NCBI GenBank assembly: GCA_951813605.1
Contig: OX638379.1
Coordinates: 684,830 to 748,829 of the forward strand
Reading direction: 5' to 3'
From: an uncultured Bryobacterales bacterium
Lineage (GTDB): Bacteria > Acidobacteriota > Terriglobia > Bryobacterales > UBA6623
DNA length: 64,000 bases
A program made the position numbers and the translations under genes. Shown piece after piece: positions 10,229-20,666 of the stretch (positions within the stretch are counted from its first letter, which is position 1; the number at the start of each line of letters is the position of its first letter). The notes beneath the pieces are model-generated. The model did not search any database and was not told the origin of the DNA. It saw nothing but the letters and a program-made list of their open reading frames with translations.

Positions 10229-10380
10229 GCCTTCATCAGAAAACCAGAAAACCGTGCGCTAAGAATATGTGGACCGCGTCGCGCTTGGCGTTAGGTCTGC
10301 GCCAATCCGTGCGAAAAAAGCGCGCAAGGACATGCGTCATGGCCAAACTCGCTCTCTGGAATCGAATCCAGGCGCGATAG

Positions 10381-11551
10381 CCTGCTCGATCGGAGCGCGC
10401 AGGACACCCTGATCTCGCTTGAAACAGCCCTCGCGTTCGCACTCGTCACCGCCACGGTGCTGGTGATCCAGACGGTGGTTCGGATGGAGTCCATCGATCT
10501 CGGGTTCAATTCCCATGGCATCCTAACGGCCAGATTGCCATTCTCCGTTGCGAATTACCCGACTGCCGAGAGCCTAAACTCTCACTACCGGACTCTACTG
10601 AATCGAACCGCCGGCATCCCTGGTGTGAATTCGGTGGGAGCTAGCACATCACTGCCCCTTAGTGACATTCGAGAGTCGCGACCCGTGGCTATTGGAGCAG
10701 GCGAGACAGGATCCGCCCTAGTCGCACACGTAAGCCCGGAATATCTTGCCACTTTGGGAATCCCGCTGCTGCAAGGCCGCGCATTCCGCGACTCCGACGA
10801 TAACCGAAACTCGCCCGTGGCAATCGTCGACGCCGGATTCGCGCATTCGAGATTCGGCGACATAGATCCGATAGGAGCGTCGGTCACGATAGGCGAGCTA
10901 CCGGGCCAGCGGTCGTCAATTGTTGGAGTGGTAGCAGATGTTCGACAATTCGGGCCCCGGCGTGCCTTCGAGCCGACGGTTTACCTGCCCTTGCTCCAAA
11001 GTCCGCGGTGGAGCACGTTCGTTGCGATAAGGACTGGATCTTCGTCGCCGCCTGGATTATCGAATGCTCTCAGGAAAGCGGTGGCCGCAGTGGACAAGAA
11101 TCAGCTGGTCACGAGCATTCGATCCATGACACAACGACTGGACGCCAGAACTCGTCGCCCAAGATTTAGTCTCTGGTTGTTTGGCGCGTTTGGCAGCCTG
11201 GCGCTCGCTATGGGTATGGTCGGCGTGTACTCTGTCACGAGCTTCGCCACCCGTCGCCGCACGAAAGCCATAGGAATTCAACTGGCGCTCGGGGCACCCC
11301 AGTCAAGCGTTTACCTCCCGGTCTTCGCTCGTGGGATTCGGCCCGTTGGTATCGGGCTGTACGGAGGCATTCTCGTCGCTATTGGGTTCGGCCATCTCTT
11401 GGAGAGTCAATTGCTTGGCATTCGACCGATCGATCCGGTTGCTGCCGCTGGAGGGGTGCTCGCGTTGCTGCTCGTCAGTGTGCTAGGCAGTTACGTTCCG
11501 GCGCGACGGGCCTCGCGCATCGACCCCCGTGCCGCGATCTGGTTGGCATGA
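10381..11551 (+). pseudogene. C-terminal half of an ADOP-type (MacB/FtsX) ABC permease, 5'-truncated
   Basis: Frame opens after a TAG at ~10380 in the mid-protein motif LISLETALAFALV; DLGF, IVGVVADVRQ and IGIQLALGA motifs; about half the length of the intact paralogs in this window. Confidence 0.75.
11055..11551 (+). repeat. Direct repeat copy 1 (~497 bp)
   Basis: Ungapped alignment to 14567-15063 with about 48 mismatches counted by eye (~90% identity). Confidence 0.9.
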
Positions 11552-12080
11552 ACATCTGAACCTGCCCCATTGGCCGTGCCATACGTATGGCGTGCGCCAA
11601 TCCCATTGCGACTGTGGGCAGATCGTGCAACTGCTGCACTCGCTTCTCCAAGATCTCATTCAAACAGTGGAAATGTTGACCTAGAGCCGGAGACGTCTGA
11701 GACTGTCCTACACGAGGCGGAACTATCGCTTGGACTGGCTACCGTACGCGCCGGGCGAGCTAGAGTTGGAGCCCATCGATGGTCATGCGCCGTCCGCCAG
11801 AGAAATACCGGGTAGAGAATCAACAGGGTTAAGGGGCAGTGCGCCTTCCGGCATTGCACGCCATCAGTGGTAGCGGAACGGGGGATCCGCAGTTCCGATC
11901 GACAACAGCAGAAGCGCAAGACCGCTCTGAGTTGCCGTGTTGAAGGTATTGCCCCTGCGGTTTCCAAGGCCCTCGGACGAGTTTTTGCGACGCCGTCCGG
12001 GTCAATAGAATGCAAGAGCCTACCCTTCGCCCGGGGCGCCGCGGGCCATCCATGGACGGCGGCTTGGAACCACCTCGAAG

Positions 12081-12827
12081 TCAGTCAAGCCGTGCCGTCA
12101 GCACCAAAAAGACTCCGTCCGCAATGCCCCGAATCCCAGCCTTGCCAACAACCACGGTCTTTCCTTCCCTCGTGTTTAGGTTGGTCGATATCTGCGTCTC
12201 TTCGATGCTTCCTTCGCGAATAACCTGCAATCTTAGTTCAATGTGGCTCAGTCTGATCGAGTCCGGTTGGAGGCGATCGCCCTCAATGCCGATCTGAAAT
12301 AGATACCGGACTGCCTTCTCAGAACCGAAATAGCCCTCTACGAGAGCGACCGGTCCGGGTGCCGTGCGGATCGTGAATGCCTCCAGAAGGCGGTACGAGA
12401 CGAACGGAAACGTCTTCTGGATTGCATCGACGGCGCCCTCTATGTGGGCCGGCATCGCTTGCGACTGCTGTTCGTCCCGGTAGGCACCGACAAGGTGCAG
12501 GTCAATGACTACATTTGTTGGCACCGGCTCTGCGACCGGCTGATCCAGTTCCCCGAGCAACTTGAGCGTGGCTGCGACTTGGTCGGGATTCCCGGAAAGG
12601 ACAACCGCGCGAAGTGCCGAGTCCGATGTAATCGTGGGGCCACTATGTCGCAGGACATGTGCCATTTCCTGGGCATTCGCGTGCCTAGCCCAGTAGATTT
12701 GAGTGACGGAAGCGGAGGGTTGAACATCCCCTTGGCGGCTCACGCTCTCGTCTTGGGCGGGTAGTGTGGCTATTCCGGGTAGAATCGCCAGCGGCAGGAA
12801 GCATCTGAGAATCGAATCACGAGACAT
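12081..12827 (-). CDS. Exported protein with a secretin N-domain-like region and a reduced secretin-like C-terminus
   Basis: AAGGAG RBS; signal peptide; TQIYWARHANAQEMAHVL...DSALRAVVLSGNPDQVAATLKLLGELDQP (Secretin_N-like); ISTNLNTREGKTVVVGK...VFLVLTARLD. Confidence 0.7.
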   Translation of the reverse strand: MSRDSILRCFLPLAILPGIATLPAQDESVSRQGDVQPSASVTQIYWARHANAQEMAHVLRHSGPTITSDSALRAVVLSGNPDQVAATLKLLGELDQPVAEPVPTNVVIDLHLVGAYRDEQQSQAMPAHIEGAVDAIQKTFPFVSYRLLEAFTIRTAPGPVALVEGYFGSEKAVRYLFQIGIEGDRLQPDSIRLSHIELRLQVIREGSIEETQISTNLNTREGKTVVVGKAGIRGIADGVFLVLTARLD

Positions 12828-12837
12828 GGGAACTCCT

Positions 12838-13425
12838 TCAGTCAATCAACCAATGGATTTCTATCGAGGCGTCCGCCGTCTGAATGCGGAGCTGCGCTAA
12901 GACCCCGGGTCCTTCACCGGCTTCAACGAAGATCAATTCTCCTGAATCGAGAGCACCAAATGCTTCGTCCAATGAGTCCGCGCGACCCGGTGATTCGGGC
13001 GGTACGGTGTTTAGCTGTCGCGAGAGGAGTAACGCACCTTCCGGAACCTCAGCAGCGATTCCCGCCATCCGCAGAGGTGGCATCTCCGGCTCGCTCGTCA
13101 GCAGGTCCCACACCGCCGCCACTCCAGCCAGCAGTGCCAGCGGCGCACAGGCCCAGAGAATCCCTGCCAATAGTGGGTTCCTGCTCGCCGGGCCGCCATC
13201 ATCAAGAGCAATCCTATCCAATACGCTCACTCTGATGCCGGCACGGAGGCCAGCAGGGATCGTTACGGCGCTGCTCGCCACGGCGGATCTTACGACGTGG
13301 AATTCTCCAACCTTTTTCGCACACGGCTGGCACTCTCTCACGTGCCCGTCAGTCCAAGTGCGGCGACGACCCTTAAGTTCGCCGCCCGCATAGAGGGCCA
13401 ATTCCGAATCGCGCGGACAACTCAC
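12838..13425 (-). CDS. Zinc-finger (zf-HC2/ZAS) anti-sigma factor, single TM
   Basis: C..ELALY..GEL...HVRECQPC (HxxxCxxC); one TM; ATGA overlap with the ECF sigma. Confidence 0.85.
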   Translation of the reverse strand: MSCPRDSELALYAGGELKGRRRTWTDGHVRECQPCAKKVGEFHVVRSAVASSAVTIPAGLRAGIRVSVLDRIALDDGGPASRNPLLAGILWACAPLALLAGVAAVWDLLTSEPEMPPLRMAGIAAEVPEGALLLSRQLNTVPPESPGRADSLDEAFGALDSGELIFVEAGEGPGVLAQLRIQTADASIEIHWLID

Positions 13426-14048
13426 GATGTCCTCCGTTCTATCCTGAGGATGTACTTCCTGAGCTTCGCACGTGCAGAGCTGATTTGTGATCGGACGGTC
13501 GCCTCAGTAGTGCCGAGTGCCTTTGCGACTTCTCGGGTCGTCAGTCCCTCCAGGTCGCGCAGCGTGATAGCAGCGCCCTCCTTATAGGGAAGCCGTGCGA
13601 TCGCCTCGCGAATCAGTTCACGCTGCTCCTGCCGGGCCAAGCTCTCAAACGGCCCTGACTGGCTCGATGCCAGATGCAGCGATTCGATACTCACGCCATG
13701 GTGACGCCGTCTGTTCTTCGCTAAATCTCGACAGACGTTTGCGGTGATGCGGTAAAGCCATGGAGCGAGCTCGCGCGATTCGTCGAACCTCGCCAAATAC
13801 CGGTAGGCCCTTACAAATACCTCTTGGACCGCATCCTCCGCATCCGAGTCGCTACCCAAAATCGCCCTTGCCGTACGGAATACGCGTGATTCATGCAGTT
13901 CGACGATATAACCGAAGGCCGCGACATCACCCGCTTTGGCGGCTACCACAAAGCCGCGAACTGCATCTGGCCCCGGATGATCGGAGGCTCCGTCCGACAT
14001 CCATTGGACTAGACTGACCTCGGAACGCATGCCGATGAATGTGCTCAC
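13422..14048 (-). CDS. ECF RNA polymerase sigma-70 factor
   Basis: DAEDAVQEVF and WLYRITANVCRD (region 2); LRDLEGLTTREVA..LG..EATVRSQISSAR (region 4). Confidence 0.94.
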   Translation of the reverse strand: MSTFIGMRSEVSLVQWMSDGASDHPGPDAVRGFVVAAKAGDVAAFGYIVELHESRVFRTARAILGSDSDAEDAVQEVFVRAYRYLARFDESRELAPWLYRITANVCRDLAKNRRRHHGVSIESLHLASSQSGPFESLARQEQRELIREAIARLPYKEGAAITLRDLEGLTTREVAKALGTTEATVRSQISSARAKLRKYILRIERRTS

Positions 14049-14566
14049 ATTATTACTACTCCCCGAACACGGGATCCGTGCAAGGAAAACTTGTCGATTA
14101 AGCCCTTTGAGGCCGTTGGCCGAAACTTCGAGCTTGCTTTAGTCGAGCTGATGGCGTTCAACCGTAGAACACCTAGGATCCGTCGCCGAGATTGACAAGT
14201 ATCGCCGTCTTCCAGCGTGGATGCCCGCAGGGGCTTCGCACCTCCGGCAAAATCTAGGGCAATACTGCAATGCGCAGTCTCCGCTTGTCGTGGCGGCCTT
14301 CGAATTTCTGCAGCCTGAGAGACGCGGGTGGGCTGGTGGAATCGCCGCGCCTCGTCCACCAGCTTCGGGTCGCTGCAGATCTCGACCCGAGGCGCAAAAT
14401 CCTCCTCGATGACAGCTTGCCATTTCGAGAGCAACGCGCTCAGGTGCGGCATGATGCCCACCCGTGATGCACCTCGGCTAGCCACCTCGGAGCACAAGAT
14501 TCTGCGGGACTGGCTAGGTGCCAAATCACAGGCGGCCGACCGCGCCGGCCGCGAATCCGGAGGGCA

Positions 14567-15063
14567 GATTATCGAATGCTCTTAGGAATGCGGCAGCCTC
14601 CGTGGACAAGAACCAGCTGGTCACGAGGATTCAATCCATGACCCAACAACTGGATACCAGAACACGTCGCCCAAGATTCAGTCTCGCGTTGTTTGGCGCT
14701 TTTTGCAGCCTGGCGCTCGTTATGGCTACGGTCGGCGTTTACTCTGTCACGAGCTTCGCCACCCGTCGCTGCACGAAGGCCATTGGAATTCAACTGGCGC
14801 TCGGAGCACCCCAGTCAAGCGTTTACCTCCGGGTCTTCGCTCGCGGGATTCGGCCCGTTGCCATCGGTCTGTGCGGAGGCTTGCTCGTCGCTATTGGGTT
14901 CGGCCATCTCTTGGAGAGTCAATTGTTCGGCATCCGACCGATCGATCCGGTTGCTGTCGCTGGAGGGGTGGTCGCGCTGCTGCTCGTCGGTGTGCTCGGC
15001 AGTTTCGTTCCGGCGCGGCGGGCCTCGCGCATCGACCCCCTTGCCGCGATCCGGTTGGAATGA
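14567..15063 (+). pseudogene. Second ADOP permease 3' fragment (direct repeat copy 2)
   Basis: ~90% identical to 11055-11551; only the last ~165 codons, with no cognate start. Confidence 0.82.
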
Positions 15064-15089
15064 ACTCCTGAGATCGAAAGCGCTTCTGG

Positions 15090-16073
15090 CTATTTCCGCT
15101 GAGGTCCCGTCACTTCCCACCACCTGCCGCCGCTCGTAGTCTTGAGGACCCCTCCTTCTCCTCCGTAGTACAAAGTCGGCGGCCTCGTCTTCGTGTCGAA
15201 GACCAAGGTCCAGGTGCGATTTGACCATTGAAGGCCCGCTCGCTGGAAGGTTTGGCCGCTATCGTCGCTGCGGAAAACGCCCTTAGTCGTGCCGGCGTAC
15301 AAGCGTTCCGAATTGGCCGGATCGACCGCTAGCACGAGGACACGCTGGATGAGAGGGGTTATTGCCGCGTTCCAGGTCCAGCCGCCGTCTGTAGATCGGT
15401 AGACCCCTGCTGGATCGGTCCCTGCATACAGAATCCTGGAATCAGTGGGGTCGATCGCGAGGGCTGTGATGTCGACGTCGTACAGGCCATCCGGATTTGC
15501 ACGCCAGTTCTCACCCGCGTCGGTCGTCATGTATACGCCGTGCCAGGTGCCCGCGTACAGCGTTCTCGGGTGACTGCGGTCGATGACTAGGCATCGCAGC
15601 GTCTTGTCGATCAGTCCGCGGTTCGCCTCGCGCCACGTCTCCCCGCCGTCGACAGTCTTGAACACTCCTCCGCCATCGGTACCCGCATACACGGTTTTCC
15701 CGTTCTCCGTGTCGATCGCCAAGCCCCGGATTCTGGGATCGGCAATGCCCTCGGAAGCTGAATGCCACGAGGCAGCGGCGTCTGTCGACTTGTATACGCC
15801 CATTTCGTAGGTGCCAACGTACAGCACCTCCGGATTCTCCGGATCGAGTGCGATTGCGCGCGGCGACAGGTTTTCCAGGCCCGTGGACGGCCAGTTGTCC
15901 TTGCCTCCCTGGGTTGTCTTGCAAAGCCCTTTCGCCGCTCCCGCGTAAATCGTCCCCGTGTCTGTGGGATGTAAAGCGATCGCCTGGGTCTCACCGCCTC
16001 CCGGCGAGCCCATTTGGCTCCACGCCGAAACTGGAGGCCATGCGAGCGCGAGGAGCAGCAGCCTAACCTTCAC
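15090..16073 (-). CDS. Exported BNR/Asp-box repeat beta-propeller protein (VPS10/Ycf48-like)
   Basis: Signal peptide; about 7 repeats of LAIDP..LYAGT..GV(Y/F)xSxDGGxTW. Confidence 0.88.
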   Translation of the reverse strand: MKVRLLLLALAWPPVSAWSQMGSPGGGETQAIALHPTDTGTIYAGAAKGLCKTTQGGKDNWPSTGLENLSPRAIALDPENPEVLYVGTYEMGVYKSTDAAASWHSASEGIADPRIRGLAIDTENGKTVYAGTDGGGVFKTVDGGETWREANRGLIDKTLRCLVIDRSHPRTLYAGTWHGVYMTTDAGENWRANPDGLYDVDITALAIDPTDSRILYAGTDPAGVYRSTDGGWTWNAAITPLIQRVLVLAVDPANSERLYAGTTKGVFRSDDSGQTFQRAGLQWSNRTWTLVFDTKTRPPTLYYGGEGGVLKTTSGGRWWEVTGPQRK

Positions 16074-18014
16074 CTAGTTTGCCTCCCTTGCGCGCCAAGG
16101 GAATTCGTAACTTGGCGTCGAGACAAAGCGGTTCATTCCAATCCTGACCGTCGCACCCGAGCCGGGTTCGAGATCGATTTGGAAGTATCTCCCATCGATG
16201 TTCGCGACCCGCTCTTGAAGGGAGCCGCGCCCAGCGGGGACGTCCTCGACGTTCGCCTCGTGGTGCCGAACTTTAGTGATGCGGTGTTCGCCGTAGGCCC
16301 CTCCTTGCACGATAATCCTTCGCGGTTCGAAGAGGTTGGTGTTTACGATTTCGACCTCGATCGAATCAGAATCAATGCTTGTCACCAGCGCTGACACGCC
16401 TTGCGGAAGACCCGGCTCCCTGCTGTCCGGGTCGAAGTAGCGTACGTATGAATGCAGCATTTCCCCCCGTTTGTGCACGGGAAGCCCTCCGATCGTCAGC
16501 CTCACGAGGTTGTCGGTCGGCATCGGCTCGAGAGCCAGCCACTGCGCATCGAACCACGTCTCCGGGTCGCCATGCTCGTTAAGAATGCGTGCCAGCCTTC
16601 GTTGGATGAACTGCAGGTCGTTCTGCATTGCTTCGAGCGGGAACCCGGGGTTGCGCTTTCGCAAGAATTCCGCCCAGCCAAGATCCGCGTCTTCGAGTCC
16701 GTCCTTTTTCCGTGCGAGTTCGATGAGGCGCCCGACCTGCCTCCAATCCTGTTCCGATTGCGAAACGTGCCACAGGTGCACGTAAGGGTGGCCCGACTCG
16801 GGTAGGTAATGGTGCCACCCTCGGGTACTGTCGTAGCGTACTGGCACCATCGGCACGCCGTCCCTGACTTCGCCGCGTTCGCGCATGACCGCCGCTTGGC
16901 TGCGGGGCAGTGCCAACCAATGGTCTTCTCCCGTGAGAAGCACAGCGGCCTTGGCTGCCGTGAGCGCCGCGAGGACGATGTCCGTTCCTCCTCGAGGCCA
17001 CTTCCACCCGTAGTAGCCACCCCACCAGTTGCCATCCATGTGCTCGCCAATCTCTCCATTCAGGCCGACATTGTCTGGTGTGATCCCGCCATTCCGACGT
17101 GTGAGGTCCTCCCACTTGCGAAGGTAGCCGGCAATCCATCGACGATATTTCTCATCGCCCGTGTAGAGGAATGCGTTGGCGATCAGGGGGGCCGCCGTGA
17201 GGTTGATCGGAACATCTCCCCTAGCCATCCGGTCGCTCATGGTCCGAACGATTCGCCCGAACTGATCGTCCTCGGGGTGGTCGTTGATCCAACCTGTCGG
17301 GGACTGCACTCCCGGAATGTCGTCAAATGGAAGGTGGTAGTAGACGAGGTTCGCATTCGTTGGAATCCAGTCGCGTTTGGTCCAGCTCATTTTGGGACCG
17401 CGGCTGCCCGTCATCGACGCCCGCATTAGCTTCAGTTCAGCGTCGTAGTTGGGCGCTTCAGGATCCTCGCCCGTATACATCGCAGCGAATCGTATCGATC
17501 GGTCGCGAAAACGCTTGTCGTAGGGGTTCGCCATTCCCAGGGGGTAGAAGGATACGTAGCCTTCGCCGTGGTGCATCCAGTCCCAGTTGCTATCGAATTC
17601 TCGATAGATCTGCCCATAGCGGCTGAATTGGCGCGTGATGCCCTCCCAGACATGGCGGTGCAGGTCGTCGAGCTCTTTCGAGCCGCCAAGAATGTGGTGC
17701 AGCGAGAATCCCCTGAAGCCCTCGTAGGCGTCGTCCGACGAGTTCATACCACCCTCGTACCGTTCCTTCCACCGAAGCGAGCCGTTGGGGCGGGTGTAGG
17801 CGTGATAGAACTCGACCCCCGCACGGCTCATCGTCTCGATCAGGTGCCGCTGCATTAGAGCCCAACTGGGAGCTGGCCGAGGGCTGTCCACTTGGATCAC
17901 CGGGATGGCTGACACTTCCTTCGGCTCGGGAGAATCCGCCAAGGCCTGTGCCACGGACAAAGCGAGTAGGACTGCGGCATTCGCGCAAGCGTGAAGCTTT
18001 GACGGATGCGTCAT
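16074..18014 (-). CDS. Exported hypothetical protein, possibly an (alpha/alpha)-toroid enzyme
   Basis: Signal peptide after M at 18014; rich in W/Y/D, with SSDDAYEGF and DWMHHGEG; stop codon abuts the start of the propeller gene. Confidence 0.75.
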   Translation of the reverse strand: MTHPSKLHACANAAVLLALSVAQALADSPEPKEVSAIPVIQVDSPRPAPSWALMQRHLIETMSRAGVEFYHAYTRPNGSLRWKERYEGGMNSSDDAYEGFRGFSLHHILGGSKELDDLHRHVWEGITRQFSRYGQIYREFDSNWDWMHHGEGYVSFYPLGMANPYDKRFRDRSIRFAAMYTGEDPEAPNYDAELKLMRASMTGSRGPKMSWTKRDWIPTNANLVYYHLPFDDIPGVQSPTGWINDHPEDDQFGRIVRTMSDRMARGDVPINLTAAPLIANAFLYTGDEKYRRWIAGYLRKWEDLTRRNGGITPDNVGLNGEIGEHMDGNWWGGYYGWKWPRGGTDIVLAALTAAKAAVLLTGEDHWLALPRSQAAVMRERGEVRDGVPMVPVRYDSTRGWHHYLPESGHPYVHLWHVSQSEQDWRQVGRLIELARKKDGLEDADLGWAEFLRKRNPGFPLEAMQNDLQFIQRRLARILNEHGDPETWFDAQWLALEPMPTDNLVRLTIGGLPVHKRGEMLHSYVRYFDPDSREPGLPQGVSALVTSIDSDSIEVEIVNTNLFEPRRIIVQGGAYGEHRITKVRHHEANVEDVPAGRGSLQERVANIDGRYFQIDLEPGSGATVRIGMNRFVSTPSYEFPWRAREAN

Positions 18015-18357
18015 CGCAACACCTTCCATATCCGAGCATTCCTTGCTTTGCTGGGAAGCGCGGGCGCTGCCAAATCCTGTGGTCCGGAGCCAAGACGGCA
18101 AGTGGGCGTGGACGGAATCAAATTGACTCAATCTCGACCGTTCCGACGATTGCCGCTCGCTCGATTGCATCTGCTCCCACCGCTGCTGCTCTCTCGCATG
18201 GCCCGGAGCCTCAAGTTTCGTAGCGGTCACAGCGATCTCGTCAGGCACGGCTGGCCATACCCTTCAATGTCGTCTCCTTTTGGGGCGGGGAATCTTGGGA
18301 AAGCCAGTCCTCGCGCGCCACTATAGTGCCAGCTTCCTTGCTACAACAATAGGCTTG

Positions 18358-20100
18358 ATGCGTCCCGCTGCGGCAAAGCTCCTATCGATTGTCCTGTTCA
18401 GTCCGGTGCCCCAGGCTCTGGCTGCTCCGCCCGATCTGATAGTGCACAACGGCAAGATCGTCACTGTCGACGAACATTTCTCCGTCGCGGACGCGCTCGC
18501 GATTGATGGCGGCCGGATTGCAGCGGTGGGATCGAATTCCACCGTGCTCGCCCTGGCTGGCCCCGACACGAAAGTGATCGATCTCGGGGGCAAGACGATC
18601 CTGCCGGGGTTGATCGACACGCATACCCACCCTTTGGGGGCGGCGATGTATGAGTTCGACCATTTCGTTCCGGACATGGAAACAATCGCCGACGTTCTGG
18701 AGTACTTTCGCCAGCGGGCGCAGGTCGTTCCGGAAGGAGAGTGGATTCGTCTCCAGCAGGTCTTCATTACCCGGTTGCGAGAGCAGCGTTATCCGACACG
18801 AGCTGAACTAGACGAGGCGGCACCGAACCACGCGCTGTATTTCCGCACGGGGCCCGACGCGTCTCTGAACTCGCTAGCTCTGGAACTTAGTGGCATTGAC
18901 AGGCAATTCCGCATCCCGCAGGGGACGTTGGGGCGGATCGAGCGCAACGAAAGCGGGGAGCCGACGGGGATCATCCGCAGCGGCGCTCACTTGATCGAGT
19001 TCCACGAGAGCCAAAAGCAGCCAAGCCGGGCCGACAAGCGCCGACGTCTCAAGGAACTCATCGCGGCCTACAACAAAGTAGGGCTGACGAGCATCGCTGA
19101 CCGGAACGCGAGCGAGGAAGCGCTCTCGCTTTACGAAGACCTGCTCGACGCCGGCGAGCTCACGGCGCGCGTATTCGTTAGCTTCGCGGTCAATGCTCAG
19201 GAACCGCTGGAGGACATCGAGGCCAAAGTTGCCAAGCTTGCCCGCCATCCCAGGCACAGCTACGACCCGATGCTGTGGCTGCGCGGCATCAAGTTCTTCA
19301 TGGACGGTGGAATGCTGACGGGCAGTGCCTTCATGCGCGAGCCCTGGGGTGTGAGCGACGTCTACTCGATCAGCGATCCGAGCTACCGAGGAATGCGGTT
19401 CGTACCTCCGGGCAAGGCTTATGCGATCGCCCGATTGGCACTCGCCCACGGCTTGCAGCCTACGGCTCACTCGGTCGGAGACGGGGCCGTGCATGCGCTC
19501 ATCGATGCCTACGCGGAAATCAATGATGAATTCCGAGTACGCGAGATGCGCCCTTGCATCACGCATTCGAACTTCATGAGTCCGGAGGCGATAGAGCGGA
19601 TGGCCGAGATAGGCATAGTAGCCGACTTGCAGCCAGCTTGGCTCGAGCGCGACGGGGCAACTCTGCTCAAGCAGTTCGGAGAGGCCCGCCTACGCTATTT
19701 CCAGCCCTACAAGAGTCTCCGGCAGGCCGGTGTGACCGTCGGCGGTGGCTCCGACCATATGCAGAAAGTCGGAGGCATGAGGTCGATCAACCCCTACAAC
19801 CCGTTCTTCGGGATTTGGATCGCGTTGCGGCGGCAGCCGCGCTGGACCGATGCGGTGATGCAGCCGGAACAGAGGCTTACGCGCGAGGCGGCGATTCGGC
19901 TGTACACCATCAACAACGCGCATATCACCTTTGCCGAGGACGAGAAAGGGTCATTGGAAGTCGGGAAGCTGGCCGACCTGATCGTCTTGGATCGTGACAT
20001 CCTAGAGTGCCCAACGCAGGAAGTGAAGGACATCCTCGTCGAGCAGACCTACCTTGACGGTGAACTGGTCTACCAAGCCGGCAAAGAGGACGGAATCTAG
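18358..20100 (+). CDS. Amidohydrolase_3 (YtcJ-like) metallohydrolase, exported
   Basis: PGLIDTHTH, KFFMDGG, AHSVGDGA, ITHSNF, GGSDH, KGSLEVGKLADL. Confidence 0.92.
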   Translation: MRPAAAKLLSIVLFSPVPQALAAPPDLIVHNGKIVTVDEHFSVADALAIDGGRIAAVGSNSTVLALAGPDTKVIDLGGKTILPGLIDTHTHPLGAAMYEFDHFVPDMETIADVLEYFRQRAQVVPEGEWIRLQQVFITRLREQRYPTRAELDEAAPNHALYFRTGPDASLNSLALELSGIDRQFRIPQGTLGRIERNESGEPTGIIRSGAHLIEFHESQKQPSRADKRRRLKELIAAYNKVGLTSIADRNASEEALSLYEDLLDAGELTARVFVSFAVNAQEPLEDIEAKVAKLARHPRHSYDPMLWLRGIKFFMDGGMLTGSAFMREPWGVSDVYSISDPSYRGMRFVPPGKAYAIARLALAHGLQPTAHSVGDGAVHALIDAYAEINDEFRVREMRPCITHSNFMSPEAIERMAEIGIVADLQPAWLERDGATLLKQFGEARLRYFQPYKSLRQAGVTVGGGSDHMQKVGGMRSINPYNPFFGIWIALRRQPRWTDAVMQPEQRLTREAAIRLYTINNAHITFAEDEKGSLEVGKLADLIVLDRDILECPTQEVKDILVEQTYLDGELVYQAGKEDGI

Positions 20101-20666
20101 TCGTCTGGTCTTAGTGGCTCCAGACAGTGCCGGCGCCAAACAGGGTCGTCCCTGGAACCACAGCTCGCGGACTCGATGCACTGCCGGACCAGCTCGTTGG
20201 GCTCGGAGTCCGCCCTTTCCGCCGCCAGGACGGCGCGAAAAACGCCGAGACGGGCCGCTGGGAGGGTCTTGACAATGCCGGTTTTCGTGTCCAATAATCG
20301 CCACAATCCCGAGTGCGACAGGCTCTACGTAGTATTCGATGTCATCCTCTTGTGGCCAAAGGCTACATCGCACTTGAGAACATCTGTCAGGGCACATACG
20401 AATAGCTGCACGAGTAATCCGGCCCGGGAGCGGCCAGCCACCCTTCTGGTGCGCTCGGCCCGTGTTCACACCCCGCTAGTAAGGCGCTCCTAGCCGAATT
20501 GCATGGATAGGGATGCAGAGATGCTAAGGGTGGTGAACGCATGGTGTTGCCTATAGACAGGGAACGCAAATACCGAAACGATCAACAGCATCGTCAGAAC
20601 CACGAGCGTCCCGACCACAATCGCGAGTGTTTTCATCAAGGTGGAAGTCTACGGTGCGTCAACTTC

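Noticed and set aside
11055-15063. Repeat pair as a diversity-generating retroelement TR/VR
   Set aside because: Mismatches involve all four bases rather than adenines of one copy, and there is no reverse transcriptase in the window
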